Positions 10,051-19,564 of a stretch of 64,000 bases of DNA are shown in pieces (positions within the stretch are counted from its first letter, which is position 1; each line of letters begins with the position of its first letter). The stretch spans positions 4,160,001 through 4,224,000 of the forward strand of contig CBDDPY010000002.1 in assembly GCA_965232515.1 (NCBI GenBank). Direction: 5' to 3'. Origin of the DNA: Alphaproteobacteria bacterium (GTDB lineage Bacteria; Pseudomonadota; Alphaproteobacteria; GCA-2731375). The notes beneath the pieces were generated by a model, which saw only the letters and a program-made list of their open reading frames with translations, searched no databases and was not told where the DNA came from. The translations under genes and the position numbers were made by a program.

Positions 10051-10482
10051 ATGACCACCAAGACCTATACTGGCGGCTGCCTGTGCGGCGCCGTGCGTTA
10101 CGAGGCGAGCGTCGCACCGGCCAACAGCCACTTCTGCCACTGCCGCATGTGCCAGCAGGCGACGGGCAACGTGTTCGCCATGTTCGTCAACTTTCCCACG
10201 GACAAGTTCCGCTTCACCGGCGCCGCGCCGAAGCGCTACCGCTCTTCGTCCTTCGCCGAGCGCGGCTTCTGCGCCGAATGCGGCACGCCGATCCTGTTTC
10301 AGTACGACAACCACAAGGATCGCATCGGCATCACGCTCGGCAGCCTCGATCATCCGGAGGTCGCGCCGCCGGAACGTCATATCGGCATGGAAAGCCATGT
10401 GCCTTGGCTCGCCATCGACGACGGTTTGCCGAGCATTGAGACCAAACTCGGCCCGGAAGTTACCGATGTGGAGATCGGCTGA
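10051..10482 (+). CDS. GFA (CENP-V) family Zn protein
   Basis: GGCLCGAVRY, CHCRMCQ, RGFCAECG. Confidence 0.92.
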   Translation: MTTKTYTGGCLCGAVRYEASVAPANSHFCHCRMCQQATGNVFAMFVNFPTDKFRFTGAAPKRYRSSSFAERGFCAECGTPILFQYDNHKDRIGITLGSLDHPEVAPPERHIGMESHVPWLAIDDGLPSIETKLGPEVTDVEIG

Positions 10483-10683
10483 ACGCTGCCAGCCAAACTA
10501 TTTTGCGACCCGGCGAATAAAAGTCGTCGAATCACGCGTCAGAACGGTACCCGTAACCGCGAAGCTTGGTTAACATGACACTTGAATCGGCGGCGCCGCA
10601 TGACCGGCCGATTCGGGGACAGAAGGGCGGCGTCATGCGGAAGCACAAGAAACCGGGCCGCCGCCCGCAGCGGAGGCGTGTCA

Positions 10684-11256
10684 ATGTTCACCGAACCAAA
10701 CGGTGTGCAGGTGCTGGACAATTTGTTGCAGGACCTGCAGCAGGCTGAAGAGGGCGGCCGCAAGCTCGATATTCTGATTTCCTTTGTCATCGGCGAAACG
10801 CCGGCCCGGCATCGGCCGGTGATCAAGATCCTGTTGGAAGACGAAACCAAGACGGCGCTGATCTGCAAGCTGATCGGCGAAGACTTTCCCCGCTACACCG
10901 AATCGCTGGATGCGAATCTGCCGGACGAGAATATCGTCCTGTCGATGTATTCCGAGGCGCGCGGCAAGTGGGCCGCGGCGCACAAGCCGGCGAGCGGCGA
11001 GGAAGTCGTGGCTTGGGCGGCGACCGAGGCGCTGGCGCGGCGGTCGGCCGCACTGAAAGCGCGACAGGCCGCAACCGTGGAAACCAGCGCCGCCGAGCCC
11101 CCGGCGCGGGCGGCAACCACCATAGACCGCAGCGCCCGGATCGCCGAAGCGCCGCGCATCGTCCGGCCGCGGCCGGTGCCGGCGCGTACCGAACCGCCAA
11201 TTGCGCCGCCGGTTCAGGCCGATGCGGCGACAGAAGATTGGGATATCCGCTTTTGA
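10684..11256 (+). CDS. Hypothetical protein resembling the phage ABA-sandwich domain, with Pro-rich linker and acidic-aromatic tail
   Basis: GGAGG RBS; RKLD..I, PRYTESLDA, AATEALARRSAALKA; ends EDWDIRF. Confidence 0.65.
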   Translation: MFTEPNGVQVLDNLLQDLQQAEEGGRKLDILISFVIGETPARHRPVIKILLEDETKTALICKLIGEDFPRYTESLDANLPDENIVLSMYSEARGKWAAAHKPASGEEVVAWAATEALARRSAALKARQAATVETSAAEPPARAATTIDRSARIAEAPRIVRPRPVPARTEPPIAPPVQADAATEDWDIRF

Positions 11257-11363
11257 TGTTTGTCACATAACACCAGCGGCCGCCGGCACTGACCCCGTGA
11301 GTCGATGCCGGCGCGGCATCGTGGGCGACCGCCGACCCGAGCCATGGCCTGAGACAGCAGGAG

Positions 11364-12227
11364 TTGGGGGATATGATTGATCCAGGGGCTGGTCCCGACC
11401 CTGAGGGGGACGGGCCATATGTCATCGTGGTCGGCAATGCCAAAGGCGGTACCGGCAAATCGACTACGGCCATGCATCTCATCGTCGCCCTGCTACGGCT
11501 GGGCTATCGAGTCGGCAGCGTCGACCTCGACGGCCGCCAGGGCACGCTGACGCGCTACTTGACCAATCGCGAGAACTACGCCCGCGACGCGGCGACCCCG
11601 CCACGCCTGCCGGTGCATATCTGTCTCTGCCCGTCGGAGCTGACCGACCGGACCGCGGCGGAAGCCGACGAACAGGCCCGGTTCGACGCGGCGCTGAAAA
11701 CGCTCGCCGATTGCGACTTCATCATCATCGACACGCCGGGCAGCGATTCCCATCTGGCGCGGCTCGGGCACCTGACCGCCGACACCTTGATCACGCCGAT
11801 GAACGACAGCTTCATCGACATCGACGTGCTGGCGCATATCGACCGGGAAAAGCGCCAAGTGCTGGCGCCCAGCACCTACACGCAGATGGTCTGGGAGCAG
11901 TACAACCGGCGCATCGCCAACGGCCAGACGCCAATCGACTGGATCGTGCTGCGAAATCGCCTCGCGCACATCGAGGCGCGCAACATGCGCGACATCGGCC
12001 GCCTGATGGAGCAGCTCGCCAAGCGGCTCGGCTTTCGGCTGGCGCCGGGCTTCGGCGAACGCGTGGTGTTTCGTGAACTGTTTCTGAACGGCCTCACGCT
12101 GCTCGACCTGCCGACCGACGACGCGACCGCCGATCAGAACCGCAGCCATGTCTCCGGCCGGCAGGAAATCCAGGACCTGCTGCAGGCGATCGGCCTGCCT
12201 ACGGCGCTGGGCGCGGCAACCGGCTAG
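11364..12227 (+). CDS. mipZ: Division plane positioning ATPase MipZ family
   Basis: GNAKGGTGKST, DTPGSD, ADTLITPMNDSFID, DWIVLRNR, GFGERVVFRELF..GLTLLDL. Confidence 0.9.
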   Translation: MGDMIDPGAGPDPEGDGPYVIVVGNAKGGTGKSTTAMHLIVALLRLGYRVGSVDLDGRQGTLTRYLTNRENYARDAATPPRLPVHICLCPSELTDRTAAEADEQARFDAALKTLADCDFIIIDTPGSDSHLARLGHLTADTLITPMNDSFIDIDVLAHIDREKRQVLAPSTYTQMVWEQYNRRIANGQTPIDWIVLRNRLAHIEARNMRDIGRLMEQLAKRLGFRLAPGFGERVVFRELFLNGLTLLDLPTDDATADQNRSHVSGRQEIQDLLQAIGLPTALGAATG

Positions 12228-12240
12228 AAGACGGTCGCGG

Positions 12241-14046
12241 CTAAGACCGCGGCAACGCGACCACGACCAGACAGTCCTGATTGCCGGCCTTGAACCGGGC
12301 GCAATAGCTTTCGGCGTTGGCGCGTGCGACGAACGGGCCGGTGCGCACGCGGACATAAGCATTGCCGCCCCGGCGGCTGTCGATGATCAGGTTCAACCCG
12401 TCCGTCAATTCGGGAAAGTCTTCCCGCAGCTCGGCCCAAAGCCGTTCGGCATGGGTCGTCGACTTCACCGAAGCGAGCTGAATGACGAAGCGGCCATCCG
12501 CCGCCATCGCGTCCGGCGTCTCGGTGCCGGGTTTGCTCAACGGCACGGGCGGTGCGTCGTCGGGCCGGTCCGGGACCAGCGCGGAGGTTTCATCCTCCTC
12601 GTCGCCGGCGCGGCTGCCCTGTTCCTCGGCCGACGGCTCGGCGGCCGATGGCGCTTCGCCGTCCGACCGCGAGGACGGCGACGGCAGCGTCACGTTGCCA
12701 TAGGCCTTCTTCACGACGATGGCGAAATTGTGCTCGCCGCCCGGCAGCGGCTCGTCGGTCTGGAACACCCACTCGCCCGCCGGCGTCGCGGTGACCGTGC
12801 CGATCGGCTCGCCATTGTCGAGCAGGATCAGCTCGGCATCCGGCGCGGCGCGGCCGACGATGATGCCGTCGCCCTCGGACGAGATGCGCACGAGGTCGAT
12901 GCTCGGCGCCGTCTCGGCGTTGCCCGCCTCGGGCACCACGCTGGGCGGCGGTGCGGCGGCCGCGGCAACCTCGGCCAGGGTATCGCGCTTGTCCGTCGGC
13001 GTCGCTGCCGGCGGCGGTGCATCGGTGTTATCGGACGCCTCGCTTTCGGGTGCCGGCGGCGTTACCGCGTCGCGGGACGCGGGCGCTTCCGGCATCGCGC
13101 GCTCGGCCGGCGCGGTGTTGTTCGGTGTCGGAGTCGACGCCGCCGGCGCCGTATCGGTCGCCGCGCCCTCGCCGGCACCTTCCGTGGCCGGCGCCTCGGC
13201 GGCCGGACCGTAGACCAGCGTCAGCACATGTCCGGCCAACCGCCGGAACTCGGCCTGCAGGCCCGGCGACTGCTGGACGGCATACCAACCGGCCACGGCC
13301 GATGCCGCAAAGATCGCGGCGGACAACAGCAACGTGCGCCCGCGACGCCGCTCGGGCATCGCCGGTTCCGCCGCGGCTAGCCGATCCGACGGCGACGCCG
13401 CCATCGGCGTCACCGGTGTCGGTTCGGCCGGCGGCGTTGTCGCGGCTGCAACGGCGGGCGTTTCGTCATCGGGTTCCGGTTCCGCCGCCGGTTCGTCGGG
13501 CGCGGCCGGGTCCGCGACAGGTGCGGCGTCAGGTTCGGATGCCGCGACTTCGGTCGAGTCGGCTTCCGCCCTGTCGGCATCGGTCCCGGCGTCCGACGGC
13601 TCGTCCGTGGTTGAGGGTTCTGCGACGGTTTCGGCCACCGTCGATTCCGACGCATGGCTCGGCACGGCGGCGTCGCCGCCGGTTTCGACGTCCGTTTCGT
13701 CTTCCGACGGCGTCTCGGCCGCCGGCGTCGGCGCCGCGTTGCAAAAATCGTCGCCGCCGGGCCGATCGTCCGACCGCGCCTCGACCGCGACCCGCAGATC
13801 GGTCAGCGCGGCTTCCGGCGCGACCTCCTCGGCGACGACGTCGCCAACACGGCTCTCCCGGTCGTCGTCGGATCGCGCCGTATCGTCGCGCGGCGGATGC
13901 AACGCCGTGACCACGGCAGTCGGTCCCGCCTGGCCGGTCGGCGGGGTGACCGAACGATAGACGTCATGATCCAGGGCGGCCGGCTTCGCCGCCCCTTTTC
14001 GCGCCAGCAACGAACTCGTCAGCGACGCCGCCTTCTCTGCGGTCAT
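12241..14046 (-). CDS. Bitopic membrane protein: basic N-terminal peptide, acidic disordered region, TM, Ig-like domain, C-terminal SPOR domain
   Basis: SLTSSLLARKGAAKPA; TM LLLSAAIFAASAVAGWYAV; PSIDLVRI..GRAAP..GEW; FVIQLASV..AERLW..VRVRTGPF..A..YC..C (SPOR). Confidence 0.8.
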   Translation of the reverse strand: MTAEKAASLTSSLLARKGAAKPAALDHDVYRSVTPPTGQAGPTAVVTALHPPRDDTARSDDDRESRVGDVVAEEVAPEAALTDLRVAVEARSDDRPGGDDFCNAAPTPAAETPSEDETDVETGGDAAVPSHASESTVAETVAEPSTTDEPSDAGTDADRAEADSTEVAASEPDAAPVADPAAPDEPAAEPEPDDETPAVAAATTPPAEPTPVTPMAASPSDRLAAAEPAMPERRRGRTLLLSAAIFAASAVAGWYAVQQSPGLQAEFRRLAGHVLTLVYGPAAEAPATEGAGEGAATDTAPAASTPTPNNTAPAERAMPEAPASRDAVTPPAPESEASDNTDAPPPAATPTDKRDTLAEVAAAAAPPPSVVPEAGNAETAPSIDLVRISSEGDGIIVGRAAPDAELILLDNGEPIGTVTATPAGEWVFQTDEPLPGGEHNFAIVVKKAYGNVTLPSPSSRSDGEAPSAAEPSAEEQGSRAGDEEDETSALVPDRPDDAPPVPLSKPGTETPDAMAADGRFVIQLASVKSTTHAERLWAELREDFPELTDGLNLIIDSRRGGNAYVRVRTGPFVARANAESYCARFKAGNQDCLVVVALPRS

Positions 14047-14750
14047 ACCGGCTCCTGCCGCAGCGCGCGATCGGCCGCGGTGGCGGCCGCCGCCAGCGGA
14101 CCCGGGATCGGGAAGTGCCGGCGCGACACGTTGCCGTCAAGGCGATCCCGCAGATAGCCCCAGAGCTCGGCGATCTCGGCCGCCGAGCGCGACTTGCCCG
14201 GCAGCTCCATGACGGTGCGACCGTCGATCATGCTGCTGGCGAAATCGACGCGTTGATGAACGACCGTGGGCGCCAGCGTGCCGTGGCGCGACAGCACGGT
14301 CACGGCTTCGGCCGTGATCCGCGCGCGCATGGCGGCGCCGTTCAAGACGAATATCAAGGGCTTCCCCAAATGCTCCACCAACTCGACGGTGGCGCCGATC
14401 GACCGCAAGTCGTGCGGACTCGGCCGAGTCGGGATCACCACCAGATCGCTGACGTCGATCACATCCTTGATCAACGACGTCAGCGCCGGCGGCGTATCGA
14501 TGACCAACAGCTCGACGCCGAGGTTCTTCAGTTCGGCGATATCGTCGGACAAACGTGAGACCGCGGTATGCACGAAGTAAGGTGTCGGCGCCGATCGCGC
14601 GTTCCACCATTCGGCCAAACTACCTTGTGGGTCGACATCGACCAACGCGACCGGCCCGGCACCATCCAGCTCGGCCTGCACACCAAGGTGTCCCGCTAAC
14701 GTCGTCTTGCCCGAGCCGCCTTTACGCGAGGCAACGGCAATCACCCGCAT
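14043..14750 (-). CDS. Orphan ParA family ATPase
   Basis: RKGGSGKTT deviant Walker A, DVDPQGS, IDTPP, PTRPSPHDL; ATGA overlap with the downstream SPOR gene. Confidence 0.92.
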   Translation of the reverse strand: MRVIAVASRKGGSGKTTLAGHLGVQAELDGAGPVALVDVDPQGSLAEWWNARSAPTPYFVHTAVSRLSDDIAELKNLGVELLVIDTPPALTSLIKDVIDVSDLVVIPTRPSPHDLRSIGATVELVEHLGKPLIFVLNGAAMRARITAEAVTVLSRHGTLAPTVVHQRVDFASSMIDGRTVMELPGKSRSAAEIAELWGYLRDRLDGNVSRRHFPIPGPLAAAATAADRALRQEPV

Positions 14751-15189
14751 CTGTCGATTCTCCCTACCACGCACGAGCCGCAGTTACACCCCCGACTCGT
14801 TTTCTTGGTTCTAACCGAGTGCCCGTTCTCGATCCCAACCGAATGCCCGACAGAAAACCTACATATGCCCCTTTAATGTCACGACGTTACTATATCGGCG
14901 AATCGCGCGGAAGCATCCCGTGAAGACGAACCCAACATCACCGCGCAAATGCATCGTTCTTGACTATCGCCGATCGGCCGGAAACGCTGCGAATACCGCC
15001 ATTATCAGGCTGTTGTCGCCGCCCGAACTCGGCGACAAAAAAATTTCTCGCGACACTCGATCGTCGCCCCCGATTCCCGCGGAAACGCCAAACTGCCGTA
15101 AGCTCGATGTCAACTGATTCGCTGGACGGCGGCCAAGACCCGCATCGCGGGCCCGAGGCGCCGCCGGCTCCGATAGGGGTGGCCAGGAC

Positions 15190-16068
15190 ATGCCGGGGCC
15201 GTCGTCTCCGCAAGGTGGGATTTTGTTGCTGATGCTGTCGATCGGCATCATCACGGTCGTCGACACCATCGCCAAGTATCTGACCGTCGAGCTGCATGCC
15301 CTGCAGCTGGTCTGGGGCTACTTCCTGGGCATCGCCATCTGTCTCGTCGCCTATCTGGCGCTAAGCGGCGGCGACCGGCAACAGGCGCTGACCACCCGGC
15401 GGCTGGCGACGCAGTTGCTGCGCGCCGGCCTGCTCGTCACCTCCATCGCCGCCTTGTTCGTCGGTCTGACGCACCTGCCGATCGCCGACGCCACGGCCAT
15501 CAGCTTCATGTCGCCGCTGTTCATTACCGTCCTCTCGGTGCCGTTGCTGGGCGAGCGCGTCGGTCCCCACCGCTGGGCCGCCGTCGTCATTGGCCTGATC
15601 GGCGTGCTGGTCATCGTGCGGCCGGGCGGCAGCATCGCGCATTGGGCCGCGGCGATGCCGTTGATCTCGGCGGTGGCGTTCGCCGGCTATCAGATCGCGA
15701 CCCGATTGCTGGCGGCGACAGAATTCACCTTTACAACGCTGTTTTACACCGGCGTCGGCGGCTTCCTCTGGATCAGCCTCGCCGTGCCGTTTGTCTGGAC
15801 CTGGCCAACGCCGGCGCAGTGGGCAATCTTCGTGGGCCTCGGCGCGCTCGGCGTCGCCGCGCATCTTTGTTTGATCCGCGCCTTCGCGCTGGCGCAGGCG
15901 TCACTGCTGGCGCCATTTAACTACACCAAGCTGATCTGGGCCGCCTTGCTGGGCTACCTCGTCTTCGGCGACGTGCCGAGCCTGAACACGCTCGCGGGCA
16001 GCGCCGTGATCATCGGCGCCGGCTGCTATGTGATCTGGCGGGAGCGGCAGCTGCAGCGCGTGGCGTAA
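15190..16068 (+). CDS. DMT/EamA family transporter
   Basis: 10 TM; LLGERVG, APFNY..L motifs. Confidence 0.9.
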   Translation: MPGPSSPQGGILLLMLSIGIITVVDTIAKYLTVELHALQLVWGYFLGIAICLVAYLALSGGDRQQALTTRRLATQLLRAGLLVTSIAALFVGLTHLPIADATAISFMSPLFITVLSVPLLGERVGPHRWAAVVIGLIGVLVIVRPGGSIAHWAAAMPLISAVAFAGYQIATRLLAATEFTFTTLFYTGVGGFLWISLAVPFVWTWPTPAQWAIFVGLGALGVAAHLCLIRAFALAQASLLAPFNYTKLIWAALLGYLVFGDVPSLNTLAGSAVIIGAGCYVIWRERQLQRVA

Positions 16069-16083
16069 TACAGTTTCGGCCGG

Positions 16084-16350
16084 TTATTTTCGCCCGGCCA
16101 GGAACCGCACGCCGTCACCGCCGATGCGCTCGCTGTGCGGGATGCCCGCCGCCAACGAAAAGGTCTCGCCGGCCCGGCATGTCGTGTCGCCGTCCTCGGT
16201 CGTCACCGTGATCTCGCCGTCCAGCACCAGGATCATGGCGCTGAAGTCATGCACGTGCGTATCCATGATCGTGCCCGGCGCCAAATCCCTCACCTCGCCG
16301 GCCGCATAGCCCTCTTGCGCCAGCTTCGTGCGAAATTGTGCTTCGTCCAT
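16084..16350 (-). CDS. Cupin domain protein
   Basis: HVHDF and GIPHSE cupin motifs; GGAGG RBS. Confidence 0.85.
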   Translation of the reverse strand: MDEAQFRTKLAQEGYAAGEVRDLAPGTIMDTHVHDFSAMILVLDGEITVTTEDGDTTCRAGETFSLAAGIPHSERIGGDGVRFLAGRK

Positions 16351-16378
16351 CTTGTGCGGTCCTCCGGATCGGCGTCCG

Positions 16379-17677
16379 TCAGTTGGCGGCTTCGGACTTA
16401 ATCTGCGCCACGGCGTCACCGAACGCCGTCAGCGTGGCCGCGATGTCGTCATCGTCATGGGCCAGCGAGATATAGAACTTGGAATCGCCCTTCAGCAGGC
16501 CATTCGCGCGCAGCAGCTGGTTCATCCGGGCGCCCATGGCGGCGTCGGCGCGCTGCGTCGCGCGAAAATCGTCGATCTCGGCGTCGGCGAATACCACGTC
16601 GAACAACGGATCCTCGCCGATCACCCGTGACGGCAAGCCGCTCTCGGCCAGCATCTCCGCGAAGCCCTGCTTCAGCCGGCCGCCGATCGCGAACAGCTTG
16701 TCATAGGCGCCGGGCTGCTTCAGCACGTTGAGGGAGGCAAGACCGGCGACGGCGGCGACGGGATTGCCGCTCAGCGTGCCGATCTGCAGCGTGAAGCCGT
16801 CCTCGCCGACGGCATTCTTGTCGAAATGCGCCATGAAGTCCTCGCGTCCGGCGATCGCCGCCAGCGGGAAGCCGCCGCCGATCACCTTGCCCAGCGCGCA
16901 GAGGTCGGGCGTGACGCCGTAATAGGCCTGGGCGCCGCCATAGGCGAAGCGGAATCCGGTCACGACCTCGTCGAAGATCAGCGGGATCTCGTTCGCGGCC
17001 GTCACCTCGCGCAGCGCCTCCAGGAAGCCGGGCTTCGGCGGGATCAGACGCTGGAACGGCTCGACGATGACGCCGGCCAGCTCGTCGCGGTGCTGGTTGA
17101 TCAGGCTGGCGGCGAGGTCGGCGTCGTTGAACGGCGCGATCAGCACCTCGCCGCGCACGTTCTCGGGGATGCCGGCCGAGTCCGGCATCGCCTGCGGAAA
17201 GTTGCCCGGCCGCTTCGGCGCCATGCTCATCAGCGCATAGTCGCTCATGCCGTGATAGCCGCCCTCGAACTTCAGGATCTTGTCGCGCTTGCGATGCGCC
17301 CGGGCGACGCGCATGGCGTAGAGCGTCGCTTCCGAGCCGCTGCTGACGAAGCGGACCTTCTCGGCGCACGGCACGGCCTCGACGATCGCGTCGGCGAGCC
17401 GGATGCCGTGTTCGTTGTTGACGAAGAACGTCGTGCCCAGCGGCACCTGCTCCAGCACCGCGGCGGTGACGTCGGGGTGGGCGTGGCCGATCAGCATCGG
17501 GCCGGAGCCCAGCAGGTAGTCGATATATTCGTTGCCGCTGACGTCCCAGACCCGGCCGCCGCGCCCCCGGGCGATGACGGTATCGAGCGTGATGTTGCCG
17601 AAACAGCCGGCCGGCAGCACCCGGTGCGCCATCTCGACCAGTTCCCGCTCGGCGTCGCTGTGCAGTTTCTCCGTCAT
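16379..17677 (-). CDS. Class III PLP aminotransferase (GSA aminomutase-like)
   Basis: SSGSEA, GGYHG, FDEVVTGFR, GKVIGGG, GTLSGNP. Confidence 0.9.
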   Translation of the reverse strand: MTEKLHSDAERELVEMAHRVLPAGCFGNITLDTVIARGRGGRVWDVSGNEYIDYLLGSGPMLIGHAHPDVTAAVLEQVPLGTTFFVNNEHGIRLADAIVEAVPCAEKVRFVSSGSEATLYAMRVARAHRKRDKILKFEGGYHGMSDYALMSMAPKRPGNFPQAMPDSAGIPENVRGEVLIAPFNDADLAASLINQHRDELAGVIVEPFQRLIPPKPGFLEALREVTAANEIPLIFDEVVTGFRFAYGGAQAYYGVTPDLCALGKVIGGGFPLAAIAGREDFMAHFDKNAVGEDGFTLQIGTLSGNPVAAVAGLASLNVLKQPGAYDKLFAIGGRLKQGFAEMLAESGLPSRVIGEDPLFDVVFADAEIDDFRATQRADAAMGARMNQLLRANGLLKGDSKFYISLAHDDDDIAATLTAFGDAVAQIKSEAAN

Positions 17678-17817
17678 CGCGTCCCTCCCCGTGTCTTGCC
17701 GCAACATCATAAGTCAACGGGGAGCTTGCGTCATACGCGCAAGTCGGGCGAAATCGGGACTCGCCCGCCAGACCCATGCCGGCCTGAATCGCGAGCCGGC
17801 GTCATTAAGGAAACTGG

Positions 17818-18690
17818 ATGTCCGAAACGGTCTCGCCGTCCGTGCCGCGCGCCATGCTGTGGATGGTCGGCGCGCTGCTGTCCTTCGCGGCCATGGCGCT
17901 GGCCGGGCGGGAGCTGTCGAGCGAGCTGACGCTGTTTCAGATCCTGTTCCTGCGCAGCGCCATCTGTCTCTGCGTGCTGGTGCCGCTGGCGGCTCGGCTC
18001 GGCTGGGACCGGCTGGCGACGCGGCGGCCGCTGATCCATCTGGCGCGCAACAGCGTCCACTATGCGGCGAGCTATTTCTGGATGCTGGGGGTGATCTCGA
18101 TCCCGCTGGCGGAAGTCTTCGCCATCGAGTTCACGACGCCGATCTGGACGGCGATCCTGGCGGCCCTGTTCCTGCGCGAACCGCTGACCCGGATCCGCCT
18201 TGCCGCCATCGCGCTGGGTTTCATCGGCGTCATGGTGATCCTGCGGCCGGGCGCGGCGATCGTGCATCCCGCCGCCTTCGCCGTGCTGGCCGCGGCGCTG
18301 GGCTATGCCGCGGCCTACGTTTTCACCAAATCGCTGAGCGCCGACGACCGGCCGATCGTGATTCTGTTCTGGATGAACGTGATCCAGCTGGTGATCGGCC
18401 TCGTGCCGAGCGCGCTCACCTGGGTGACGCCGAGCCCGGCGCTCTGGCCCTGGGTCGCGGTAATCGGCATGTCGGGCCTGGCCTCGCACTATTGCATCGC
18501 GCGGGCAATGGCCTTTGCCGACGCCACCGTGGTGGTGCCGCTCGATTTCCTGCGCCTGCCGCTGATCGCCGTCGTCGGTTACATCGTCTATGCCGAACCG
18601 CTCGATCCCTTCGTGCTGGCCGGCGCCGTGCTGGTCGTCGGCGGCAACATGCTGAACCTGTTCGGCGACCGCTTCGCCCGTAAAGCCTGA
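17818..18690 (+). CDS. DMT/EamA family transporter
   Basis: 10 TM; FTTPIW, PLDFLRLP motifs. Confidence 0.9.
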   Translation: MSETVSPSVPRAMLWMVGALLSFAAMALAGRELSSELTLFQILFLRSAICLCVLVPLAARLGWDRLATRRPLIHLARNSVHYAASYFWMLGVISIPLAEVFAIEFTTPIWTAILAALFLREPLTRIRLAAIALGFIGVMVILRPGAAIVHPAAFAVLAAALGYAAAYVFTKSLSADDRPIVILFWMNVIQLVIGLVPSALTWVTPSPALWPWVAVIGMSGLASHYCIARAMAFADATVVVPLDFLRLPLIAVVGYIVYAEPLDPFVLAGAVLVVGGNMLNLFGDRFARKA

Positions 18691-18700
18691 CGCCGCCTTT

Positions 18701-19564
18701 TTAGGCGGCGAGCCGACCGCCCTCGATGGTGATGCGGTGCATAAGGCGGCGGGCGCCGTGATAGTCGTTCAAGGCATAGTGCCAGGTGGCGCGGTTGTCC
18801 CAGAAGGCGATCGAGCCCGACGCCCACTGGAACCGGTAGGTATGCTCGGGCCGTGCCGCGTGCGCATAGAGCATGTTCAAGAGCGGCGCGCTCTCTGCAT
18901 CGGTCCAGCCGTCGAAGCGCAACGTGAAGCCGGGATTCACATAGAGCGCCTTGCGGCCGCTGATCGGGTGGCGGATGACGACGGGGTGCACCGCGTCCTG
19001 CGTCGCCGCCGCCTCATTGCCGAACCGATCGCCGAAATCGGCGCCCTGGTGCTTGTAGCGGGAGTCGGCGCCGAACACGTGGCGACTGGAATGCACCGCC
19101 GACAAGCCGTCGAGCGTGGCCTTCAGGCCGTCCGACAGCGTCTCGTAGGCCGCGTACATGCTGGCGAAGAGCGTGTCGCCGCCGCTCGCCGGCGTCTCGC
19201 GCGCGACCAGGATCGAGCCCAGCGCCGGTTCTTCGTCATAGCTGTGATCGGTGTGCCAGCCGCCGCCGATATTGGCCTGCTGGTCCGGCTCCTTGCGCAC
19301 CTCGGCGATGCGCGGATGGCCATCGACGGCCTTGAAGAAGCGATTGACGTTGATCGCGCCAAACCGCTCGGCAAACGCCAGATGCGCGTCCGGGCTGAGG
19401 TCCTGATCGCGAAAGAACAGCACGCCATAGTCGCCGAGCGCCTCGCGCAGCATGTCCCGCGCGTCGTCGCTCACGCCCAGCGACAGATCGATGCCCTCGA
19501 CAAAGGCTCCGACCCCGCCACCGCTCGACCGCACCTCGAACCGCGTATTCTGCACCACGACCAT
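18701..19564 (-). CDS. TauD/TfdA family dioxygenase
   Basis: VLFFRDQ, WHTD, GGDTLF, HPVV, WDNRATWH..R. Confidence 0.93.
   Translation of the reverse strand: MVVVQNTRFEVRSSGGGVGAFVEGIDLSLGVSDDARDMLREALGDYGVLFFRDQDLSPDAHLAFAERFGAINVNRFFKAVDGHPRIAEVRKEPDQQANIGGGWHTDHSYDEEPALGSILVARETPASGGDTLFASMYAAYETLSDGLKATLDGLSAVHSSRHVFGADSRYKHQGADFGDRFGNEAAATQDAVHPVVIRHPISGRKALYVNPGFTLRFDGWTDAESAPLLNMLYAHAARPEHTYRFQWASGSIAFWDNRATWHYALNDYHGARRLMHRITIEGGRLAA

Noticed and set aside
10555-10585. CtrA box upstream of the mipZ cluster
   Set aside because: Only a GGTTAAC half-site; no TTAA-N7-TTAA
16379-17677. hemL assignment because of proximity to hemCD
   Set aside because: Alphaproteobacteria typically make ALA with ALA synthase; the gene is paired with a cupin and GSA-like paralogs are common, so left as class III aminotransferase
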